A DNA stretch of 61,822 bases, filler included, from Sluysia triapertura (Eukaryota), in NCBI GenBank assembly GCA_046118255.1. It is 5 parts of 5 records of this genome, joined end to end, with 100 filler letters (N's around TTAATTAATTAA, not from the genome) between each part and the next. Parts side by side here need not be neighbours in the genome. Positions count along the whole stretch, not along the records: positions 49,649 to 61,822 come from JBJNIA010131848.1; 4 more parts are not named here. One strand, 5' to 3'. The notes beneath the pieces are model-generated. The model was not told the origin of the DNA. It did no database searches and saw only the letters and a program-made list of their open reading frames with translations. Positions within the stretch are counted from its first letter, which is position 1. Each line of letters opens with the position of its first letter. The position numbers were made by a program, and so were the translations under genes. Below are positions 51,330 to 61,822 of this stretch, piece by piece.

Positions 51330-51760
51330 ACTAATTTATTGTTATCAATAATTTCAAAGGTGCAACAGTACTTCATCATTTACTGATACGATCACTGGAA
51401 TTCTTAAACAACATGTGGAGACAATCAAATATTGTTTCAGCTCAAGAATTAACGTCTTATAAGTTTGTATCAGTATAAATTTGTGCATTACAAACAGTGT
51501 AACATCTAATAAATTCAATCGCGATGAAATTAACTTATTAATGATTGATAAATCACTTCATACTTTAACTAGTATCCACGATAAATTACAAAATTACCAA
51601 AATTGAAGATTCCTTAGCATGAATCAAAACCGTATTTGAGTTTGTCACAGGTGATGTTAAGATAATACAATTTAAATCCGATCTCAAAAAGATTAAAGAT
51701 CCTAAAGTTTTCTTGATAATGTTTAATGACACTCTTAATATGATAAATTATGGAAAACTT
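51330..51760 (+). mobile_element. Decayed LINE reverse-transcriptase fragment
   Basis: Remnants NMWRQSNIV...SYKFVSV*ICALQTV*HLIN resemble W+.A.IVP...NYRPISIL...K..E.+I. Confidence 0.5.
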
Positions 51761-51763
51761 TAC

Positions 51764-51764
<1 letters not shown>

Positions 51765-51825
<61 letters not shown>
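51765..51825. repeat. (TAA)n microsatellite
   Basis: Perfect TAA array. Confidence 0.97.
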
Positions 51826-51826
<1 letters not shown>

Positions 51827-52399
51827 TATTAATTTATATTGCGCTCATATCGACATAAATTTATGATATGCTAAAAGAAATATGGCGACCATCGCAACGG
51901 ACTATGATGAGTTTTGGCTGACAACTATCTTTTCAAAAATTCCATCAAGCTGTTATTTTATTCAAATCAGAATTTGAGCTCTAATGTAAAAGTATGTCAT
52001 TTGAATAGACAGTATAAAGGTTAATCATCAATATTGCTCGCTTTAATTCTATTATATCAATTGGGAATGCGAAACAGTACTTCTTAACATTCAAAGCTTT
52101 TTGTAATACTCTGTTAGTATTTTATCTTTTTGTAAAAAAGACAATTTTTATTCTTTTTTGAGGTTATATTAATATTAATATTAGGAAATAAATTATTTGT
52201 TGCTTATTTTATTTTAATAAATTTTTGTACAATTAGTTTAATAGCCCTTAGGCTGAAAAGAGTAAAGAAATTATGTTTTTAAAAGATTATCAAATAAAAA
52301 TTAAATCATTTTGCTTGCATTATATGTAAGAATTTATTTAGTAATCGAATCAAACGTATTCCTTTAAATTTTTTAAACAATTTCCTTAATTTTTATAAA

Positions 52400-53500
52400 A
52401 ATCATAAATTTACCTATGGCAATATAAAATCTGTATCGAAAGTTCATTTTAATTTTCCATCATGTTTGTCTAATACCAAAACCTTCTTTATTTTCTTGCT
52501 ATAATTGTTATTTTCCATATATCTTGTACATTAGATGTTACGTTTTGCGACATATTTACAACAGTTCCTTTAAACACTCTTTATATTACAAATATTCTAT
52601 CTTACCATCCATTTTAGATTCCATTAATTTCTTTCTTAATTAATAATCTTACAAATATTCATAATCTTAGACCATGCAAGGCAAATAAAGTAAAAAATAA
52701 TTTCCCAACTAAAATAATAAAATCGCATACTACAAATTTTCTTAATTTGCAAAAACTTTGTTTGAGAATTTCCAAATAAAATGATTCATAATGCATTATA
52801 TCTAGTTTAGCTAGCTTCATTATATCACGAGATAAGTATAAAGCGATATCAAATTGGCCATGGTAACATTTGGCAGTAACGAATTTTATCTTGTTGTGCT
52901 TGATTTGTTTGTAGGTGCAATATTTGTCGTTATTGAAAAAATTTTATATTTTATATGACTATGACATGATCTTAATTTTACAATAATTTTAATTATTAAA
53001 ATATTTCTAAACTTAGTAAGAACGTGAATAATATATTTAAATTTGAAAATTGATTTCAATTGCGAAATTACAATTACGAATCATAATTTTAATTCCGAAT
53101 TACCTGATTAAGAAAGATAATACACAAAGGGCTTATATGACAAATAATTACAAAAATAAAATTGAGCCACATCGTGGCAATAATCCTTACATATGTATAG
53201 GAAACAGCAGAGATTTACATCAGAGACGCTCTGGGATAGTTTCTTTATGAATGGGCGTGGTGACTCAAGTTCGCATTGATTCGATGAACATAGTTGCATT
53301 GCCGAGAATGGTTTGTCTTCCCTTTACCTTTATTTTTAATTATAACTGAATCGCCATAACCGCGTCTTTAACTTTAATCATAACTCGGACTTTATTTTTA
53401 TTCATATCTGCGTCTTTAATTTCAATTGTAGTTGCAACTTTATCTTCATTAGTGTGACCATTATGCATTGTTTGGTACCTTATATTTGAATAAGGCCTTG
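52400..53500 (-). mobile_element. Decayed RTE-like LINE, APE endonuclease region
   Basis: Ordered remnants VKDAVMAIQL, PFIKKLSQSV...LYICKDYCHDVA (GDFNA.VG), NFAIEINFQI (FA..NNL.I) and DHVIV (IDHILV). Confidence 0.6.
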
Positions 53501-56500
53501 GTGTCATTTGTTTTTATGAATTTTCCAGTCAAAATTTCTTTTTATGTTGATTTTTACTTTTCGTTTCCTACAATTTTTAATTGAGTCACTTTCTGCCATT
53601 TTCTTTTTTACCTATAGGTGGTCAAATTTCATTTGTCTGAGTTTGTTTGCAAAATTTTCATTAGCTGATTACTATTTCACTTCATACTCTTTCCTTCATG
53701 AATTAATGCAAGAATACACTTACAAACACACCCATGTGACACAATATGAGCCAAGATGGACGTCCAATATTGAATTAAAATATAAGACATAAATAATCAA
53801 TAAAATAGCCATGTTGGCTTGATTGATGAAGTATAATGTTATTATTATTATGATTATTAGTTATTATTGTTATACGAATTTATTGTTATTACTATATGTT
53901 TTTATTGTTATTACTCTGAATTTTTAAATTATTATTTTAATTTTATTACTTTTTTATGTATGCATTAATTCATTCTGTTAATTTCCGCTTTCAATGAATT
54001 GAATCACTCTTACAATAAATTTTGATTTATTTAATTACAAATCTGAAAATTCTTATAAAACATTAAAACTGCTTCCACACTTGAAAATCAAAGTAATTAA
54101 TATAAAGTTCCAGGTGTGAATTTTATAGAAACATATAAATGCAATTTCTTCTAATTTTCTCACATCTTCTTCACACTATTATCTATTATTAATAGATTTA
54201 TTATTGTCTGGTTGTATATTTTTGTATATTTAAAATTTGTATATTTGAATTTTATTCTTGATTTGTGTATTTTAAAATAATTATTTTTATTATATAAATT
54301 TTAATAAAATATTAATTTAAATATTTTAAATAAATTTTAAAATAAATATTTTTATATTTTAATTATTTTTATTTTTACAATTATTTTTAAATTTTAATTA
54401 TCTTTGATCTATTTAATTGCATCAAATCAAAATAATTAGGTAAGTTTCAAGATGGAGTTAAACTAATTTAATATGAATAGTTCAGATTTTTAGAGACAAA
54501 ACAAAACAAAAATTTAGTTTAAAATTTTAGAAGAAAATTTTAGGACAGCAGATTTAATAAATTCAGATCAAGAAGAAAATTATTTAATAATTTCCATGCA
54601 AAGGTAATTTTTATTTTTATAAGTTTTTATATTCACTTGACATAGGAATATAAAACTACGACTTAAAATCGCTAATAATTTTAATGCTAGCGCAACATTT
54701 TAAAATCCATTATTCAACAACAAGAGTTGAGTGAAAACTCTAAAATCATATTATTATAAGCATTTTATAAGTTTTTTGTTATAAGCATTGTATTAATATA
54801 CCTTAGGTGTGAATTTGTTTTTACTGAACAAAATAAAATTATTTTCTCAACGCTAGACTTTAATGGGGCTAGTGAAATTTATATATTCTTCTACGTGTTT
54901 TCAATTCCAAAGTAGAGAGCTTCCAAATTTGTAAACACAAAGCACATAAGAAAACTTTTAATAATAACTATTAAATCATAACTCTTAATTCGATTATGAT
55001 CAGATCATCAAATAATACCATTTCACAAAATAAAAGCCACACTTTACATTATTTCACTAAGTTTGTAAACAGATATAAAAATATGATACCTAAAATCCAA
55101 TTACTAAATACTCAGTAGTGAAATAAAACATTTAATCGCAATCAGGCATTCTTAGATTATCAAATAATCATTGGTACATCCTCTGTTTTACAACTTTTAC
55201 AATTAATCAATCTATAATGTCATTCATTAAACCATTCAACTTCAAACTACTTATTTACAATGTTTGCATTAAATAATCCATCATCAATAGAAAAAAATGA
55301 AACTCTCTAATGAAATGATCGGTACAACAATAAAAGTACGGATTTAATTTAGTTAATTTGAAAATTTAATCGAATCGCCTGGATCCTTGTGTGGCAATTC
55401 ATTTAATTATGGATACTGCATTTAAAATCGAATTCAATGAAGAACTTATGAAAAGAATTTTAATAATTTTAATAATTAATTCATTTGTAATATTCAACCC
55501 TTCGATCTACCTTTGTAAAGGAAAAAAATATGTAATGTTTTGGTACATATAGGAATTACGTTTAGTATGAGTTTGGGAATGAAATGTTATTAATCCGAGT
55601 AGGTTTTAATAAATTGGAATTTTACTAAGGTAGTGTATTTCATTCTCCTAGTATGCTCATGAAAACATCTGTGGTGTAATTTAAAATCATTTTTCAGAAT
55701 GTAAAACAAAATTTCGTCAATGCGTAAATTCACATCTCAAATGGAATTTTTTAGCACTTCCTTATTATTTGAATTTAATATTAATTATGTGAGATAAAAA
55801 ATTATGAAAGAAAAATGATGAATAATTTCAGTGAAACCAATGTTTATTTTCATAATATGTTAATATTTAATCCTTATGGAGTCAGATTAACAATCCATCA
55901 TAACTCTGTATAAAATTCCACAATGCTACGAAGGATTTGCATGTCGTCCTCTCATTTAACATATTCTGTAACCTTTTTACTAAATCCTACTTTATAAAAT
56001 GTGTTTCACCTTTTATCTATAAAAAAACATTGTTATATTTACAACTGGTCCATTTTTTCTGTTTTGTTGTATTTTATATTGGGTAGATTGCGCCAAATAT
56101 TAAATAAAAGTATATTAACGATACATTATAAGCAAATAATTAGTTTTATGCTCGGTGAAAACCAAGTTCAGGATGGGAATTAAAATAAATTGAACTACAT
56201 TTCAATTGAATCGTTAAGTGACAATTTTGATAATTATCAAAAAGGTAACGAATTTTAAGATCATTTACGTATTAACAAAATTTTATGTTTTACACTCTGA
56301 AAAATGATTTTAAATTACACCTTGAACGTTTTCATGAGTACATTAAGTGAAATTAAATACATTACTAACAACTTCATAAGAATCACTGATATTATTCACC
56401 CTAAAAATTAAAATTAAAGTAATTATTATAATCCACTCTGATTAACATTTCATTCCCAATACTTATATTAAACGTAACTCTAAATATACCAAAACATCAT

Positions 56501-56506
56501 CTAAAT

Positions 56507-56866
56507 CAGTGTTCTTCAAAAGGGGCGCGACAAAATTTTAGGGATCGCGAGAAATTTCAAAGTTATAGTAAAGTATTCATAAGAAAATATTCTTTAAATA
56601 TGAATAGTCTAATTTTAAATAAATTTTAATACAATTATTCTTTTATTTTATTGACATAATTAGTAAATAGTAAATTTTTTCTTAATGCAAAAAACAGTCT
56701 CAACAAGAGTATGTTCTAACGTTATTATTAAGTATATTTTATTTTTTTGGTGTTAAAAATTTTTTATTAAAAAAAATTTAATTTATTTTATTTTAGTCCC
56801 TAGGGGTCGCGAAAAAAATTTGGACTCGTAAAGTGGGTCGAAGCACAAAAAGTGTGAAGACCATTT
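56507..56866. mobile_element. hAT (Charlie-like) MITE, 360 bp
   Basis: Perfect 8-bp TSD ATCTAAAT, CAGTGTTCTTCAAA ... GTGAAGACCATTT termini, GGG(G/A)TCGCG subterminal repeats. Confidence 0.9.
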
Positions 56867-58499
56867 ATCTAAATAATGCTTGGAAAAGCTAAAATAATAT
56901 CCTTATAATGGCATGAATATTAAATATTATTTAAGTATAAATAACTTCTATTATAAAAGTAGTATTACCTATTTATATATTTATTTTAGAGTTAAAATAT
57001 TTAATAAAGCTCAAATTAATAAAGTTTTATAAATATTAAAATAGAAATATACAATTAACATGATTAACAAAATATAATTTTATAAAAATTATAAATTATC
57101 AAATATATACGACTTACATGGTCAAGTAAATAAAAACCTGGAAATATTACATGTGAAAATTAAAATTTCAAGTTAACAAATCATTCTTATAATTGGTTAA
57201 ATTGTTCCAACGAATAAAATAATAATTGCTTATTATCTAAATAGAAAAATACAAATCATAACATACTAAGAATAATTACAGAACATATCAATCAGTATAA
57301 CAAATAAAAGATTTAAAATTTTAAATAATTGTTGATTTATGATTGTGAAAGAAAATTAAACAAATTTAAAATACAATATAATGTAAATATTTTAAGGTTT
57401 CTGCTTATAAGATTTTGTACATTGTTTTAACTCGTAGCTGCTTCTGCAAGTTAAATTCATAATTACAATAACTGCAATTTTAATAATTAAAGTTGTTTAT
57501 ATATAAAAGTAAAAATGTCAAAATATAAATCATTTCTTCTTTAATCTAAATAAAGTGGAATTTGTTAAATTTGGTTTTTAAGTCGTAAAGAAATAAAGAA
57601 ATATAACTATATTATGTATTTGATTCTTGAATTCAGATCCTGATGAAGGACAAGAAAAAAGAGCCTCTAAAATTTTCAATCATGTTACAGTAATCAAAAG
57701 TGTTCACAAAAAAGACTTATAAAAAATTTAGAGTGCTTCTAAACAAGCTTTGTTTGAAAATGAAGAATTAATAAATGAAAACACATAATTTAATATTAAA
57801 AATTAGTGAAACTCGTAAATAATTAGATGATTTAATGAAAATACTTTACAATTTTCGTGAAATGCATTATGAAAAAAAGAATTAATCAAAAACAGGTAGA
57901 CGTTTTTATAAATGAAAAAATCATTTCTGCTAATAAGGAAAAATCAAATGAAAATAAAAAATTAAATAACATTAAGTTTAATCAAAAAAGGTGTTATTCT
58001 TAATAAGAGCAACAAATAAAAACAGAATTCTGGAATTTCAAAGTGTTTTAAAAGCCCATAATAAATAATTTAAAAATACCAAGAATAACAACTTATAAAA
58101 TCGGCTAATGATAGTCTTACCCAATCTCATCTTAATTACAAGTTGGAAATTCCACATATGTTTCTACATAAATTTATAATTAATAATAAAAGTAATGGTA
58201 TTAGTAATATAATCATAATATTATTTGCTGTGGTTTTCTTATTTCCTAACCTGCGTCAAAATAAAATTGAGCATGATCTCATGTTGTAAAGAGGACGTTC
58301 CTGTAAATGTTATTAAGCAAATCGTACGCAGAATTTAACGAAGAATTTTAAATTAAGGAGGATAATTTAGTTAATTACTCTTTTTTACTGCAATCAGAGA
58401 GTCTACTTAAATTTATATTCTTACTCAAATTTGACGATAAAATTACACTCTTTTTAATGTTGACTCTAAATATAATAACAAAAATCTGAAGTTTCATTA

Positions 58500-59800
58500 A
58501 TAACGCTATATAAAAATAATGAACTAGAACAGGTAAACCAAAGAGACTAATAATTAATATTGTAAATAATGTAAATATTTGTATAATAAAAATATGTAAT
58601 TTTAATATTTGTAATTTAAATTTAAAATTCATTTTAATATTTGAAATTTTAATATTTGTACTGTAAATTCAATGTAAATTAATTCAAAATATTTTAATTA
58701 ATGTTTAATTATAATTAAACTTTGGTTTTAAATAATAATAATTTAAAGGAAACATAAATCTAAACTTTGTATAAATTCGAATTCTAAATATTTACAAAAA
58801 CGCCGGAAATTTTACAATATTTACAGTTGAATTATAAATCTAATATTTATTATTTATGTTTGGAATATTTGAAATTATATTCGTAATATCTAAATATTTA
58901 TTAAATTAAAGGAATATTTATATTTGAATATTTATAAAAAGGAAGTAAGTATGAATAAGTAGCATACGGATTAATATAAATAGAGTCAAAAAGAAGAACC
59001 AAAAACACTCACACGCACTCCACTACAACGATTAAAGGATCTATCAAAAATTTTGAATTTGGTCGATACGTTCGAGAAAATTAATAATTTAAAGAAAGAT
59101 TTCTGCTATCGAGGATTTCTCCAATAAAGGATATATATATTACTTGAAAAATTGGTTACAAGTCGAATAAAACAAATTAACTCTTGGTTCAAAAATCATT
59201 CACACGATTCCTGTTCAATTCCGGATTACAATATCAAACTGTTATGATGAGTATTAAGTATGCTATTTATTTTTAAGTTCTTGCGATAATATTCGCATTA
59301 AAATCAACTTAAATTATTTCGTATCATTAGAAAACACCCAAAGATAACCTCTGGGTTAAACTCTACTCAAATTGATAATTCATTTATTAAATTTCATATT
59401 TTTATATTATTTGAATTGTTGTATAAACCCTATTATTTAATCTTGTGTTATTTTTCGTATTTTGTTAATAAAATTTCCAGAACTTTATAAAGTTTGTTTC
59501 GTCTTTTATTTGAAATAGAGTAATATTAAAGTTAGTCACATTAACTAAAGATAAATTGATAAATAAGTAATAGTTAAGTTAATAAAGTTAATTTAAAATA
59601 AATTGATTTAAACGTAAGCTAGTAAGTTATAAAAAAGGACTCTCAGAGAATCTTATTTTGACTTTTTATTCTTAAAATTTCCTACGCAGACGTCCTATTG
59701 ACATAGATAAACCGTTTAGCGTAGGCGGACGCAACATTATTGACATTGACATAATTGTTTTAGGTAAAAGAAAACCGAACATCGTTAACTTCCTATTATC
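58500..59800 (-). repeat. ~1.3-kb dispersed element, copy B (motif copy 5 at 59677-59735; hairpin at 59336-59356)
   Basis: Collinear with 46300-47560; boundaries approximate. Confidence 0.7.
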
Positions 59801-60266
59801 CACATTCTTTTCTTTTGACACTGCAAATCTATGCGCTGGCCCTTTAGTGAGTAGGCCAAGTATCATAGAGAACTTGCATAAAATATTCATAAAGGTAAAA
59901 GCAAAAAGTAGCGAAAGCAATTTAATATAAAAAACAAGCAAATTAAATTTAATCCTACGTAATATAACTAGCAAATAAACGTATCACAGTCTTAAACCTG
60001 ACTTAAAAGTTATTTTAGTGAGATACTATAAAATCAGATCGAAACTATTTGATTTTCAACAATTATCTGCAACAATCGAGTTCCATATGGTCATTTATCG
60101 ATATCTTGGTGACATTGTACGAATACACAATCCATTAGATGATAATGCATTAATATGATTTATATGATGGCTTGAATTACGGATTAGTATTACCTAATAG
60201 CATTATCCGTTTATAACACCTTCCAAATAATAAATTCATATTCATTAAGATTGGATAATACGAAAA

Positions 60267-60746
60267 ATGGAATTGCAGGATACAATGGAATTTTGGCCGA
60301 TTACCAGAAGATATGATGTGCAAATACCTACTATTGACGAGTCCGACAAATATTGTCACGAAAACATCGTCCTGGCCCTTTTCTCTAATTCTATGGACAC
60401 TCCGAACGGCCTCAAGTCTGAGTTGAATATTAATTTAACAGCCCTTACTCCTGATAAACCTCGAGTTACCTTACAGGGTCTATCTAGGATTCCCGATTAT
60501 GTTGACTCTTTGTACATAGTCGTGGCTTGTGGCATCACTAAGACCACATTGGCAGATAAGGGTATTCCTTTCTTGTCAAGAGTCCATAGTTTTTCAGCTC
60601 TGCATGTTACTAAAAGTTGGGACATAATTATCGAAGCTGATAAGTTCCCGACATCCATTGCTTTATTATTCCCTTTGCCTTTGGATGAATTTGAATCATT
60701 TTCCCAAACTTTTATAAGAACAATAAGAATAGTGGGACTTCATTAA
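60267..60746 (+). CDS. Intronless 159-aa ORF of unknown function in a GC-richer island
   Basis: Longest ORF in the track, with protein-like composition unlike the AT-driven spurious ORFs. No family recognised. Confidence 0.45.
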   Translation: MELQDTMEFWPITRRYDVQIPTIDESDKYCHENIVLALFSNSMDTPNGLKSELNINLTALTPDKPRVTLQGLSRIPDYVDSLYIVVACGITKTTLADKGIPFLSRVHSFSALHVTKSWDIIIEADKFPTSIALLFPLPLDEFESFSQTFIRTIRIVGLH

Positions 60747-61625
60747 CCTACAATCACCTATGTCAGACTATGATGAACATCGTCTAGTTTTTGTATCTTT
60801 TTTACCTCTCTACTCTATTACCCCTCCTTCACTTTTCTCTACTACCATTGACTTTGTTTTCCTTCTCGTGATTTTTCTTATTTCGGTTCTCTATCATACA
60901 CCGACTCAATCACTCATAGATGCTTCACCAAAAAGAATATCGCACTCGTCCAGTCTATTCCCCAGTATGTCTTCAACTGGATAGTCACGAAATGTATTTC
61001 AGTCAATCACCTATTCTACCCATCGACTTACATAATCCGCCGATGACGGGGTTGATTTCGTCGGATGACTTTTAATCGAATATGTTTTCAACGGATAATC
61101 TATATGATTTTATTCCCTTTGACATATGATATTTTATATACATCTTCCCGGAGGGAGAAGTAATTGTATATGATTTAATTGTAAATAATTATAATTGTTC
61201 AAATTTAAGTTTCTAAATAACGTTTGTAAATATAGTAATTATAATAAATTAATTCAATTTAATGTTTGTTAATACAACAATTGCAATAAAATAGCTTATT
61301 TTAAATACTTTGAAAATAATTATATTTAATAACATTTTAGTATTTTGTAAATAACTAGAAATAATTTAAGTCATTTAAGCATTATTTTATTATCATTTGA
61401 GTAGTTCATTTCAGATTATTTTACTACATAAAACATTTTACGACATTTTTATGTCTTTTAGAATCAAAAACATTTTAATGTCTTTTACAATCAAAAATAT
61501 TTTATGTAATTTTTATGTTGTTTAATTTATATAATTCAAGTAATTTAATATTTTTGTGTTATACGATTTTGCGAACATTGTAAAAACAAAGCAAAATTAT
61601 TTTATTATTTTTTAATCATTATAAA

Positions 61626-61822
61626 TGTTGGGATTGCCCAACTTTAGATTAAGAGACAAGTAAAAAATATATAGAATTACAAATGAAGGAAGAATTGATG
61701 AGAAGTAACAGATGAAGTATTATAAACTTCGCTGAAATAAGAATAATGAAAGAGAAAACATTTATAATAATATTAACAGTTAAAGAATATCTTGGGATTC
61801 CAAAGACCTATATAAGGGTTTG
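61626..61822 (+). repeat. TGTTGGGATT repeat family copy (runs off window)
   Basis: Aligns with 36875 and 50610, and further in with the minus-strand 26611 copy. Confidence 0.8.

Noticed and set aside
54476-54603. TAG reassignment (MNSSDF*RQNKTKI*FKILEENF... in one frame)
   Set aside because: None of the conserved exons (PC2, PFK, BSD, fascin) contains an in-frame TAG, and these TAGs fit acceptor-like ttttag sequence.
2997-59974. Most 60-120 aa ORFs in the supplied track
   Set aside because: They are F/I/L/K/N/Y-rich products of AT-rich DNA, antisense shadows of PC2/BSD exons, or TE debris, with no motifs or splice support.

Overview
Very AT-rich, gene-poor, repeat-rich animal (invertebrate) genomic DNA with spliceosomal introns; it is not prokaryotic and has no CRISPR array or rRNA. 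The PC2 and fascin sequences look flatworm-like to me, which is a weak inference. The window is an artificial concatenation of five ~11-13 kb contigs joined by identical 100-nt spacers (44 N + TTAATTAATTAA + 44 N), so gene order across spacers is meaningless. Contig 1 (1-13265) carries most of a BSD-domain gene (BSDC1-like, + strand, 6 exons). Contig 2 carries middle exons of an ATP-dependent 6-phosphofructokinase (- strand), a candidate cassette exon and an unexplained terminal exon. Contig 3 carries four exons of neuroendocrine convertase PC2 (- strand). Contig 4 carries the last exon of a fascin. Contig 5 has no recognisable host gene but has a GC-richer intronless ORF. The rest is decayed LINEs, gypsy, mariner and piggyBac remnants, hAT and piggyBac MITEs, and (TAA)n microsatellites. 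The main unexplained signals are: (i) a ~55-nt dispersed motif in 5 copies with a covarying stem and a possible pseudoknot; (ii) a ~135-bp TGTT...AACA element enclosing a tRNA-like Pol III unit; (iii) a PFK exon chain that may end, or be alternatively spliced, at the inter-domain linker; (iv) the GC-richer ORF at 60.3 kb. All translations and alignments were done by eye, without database searches.
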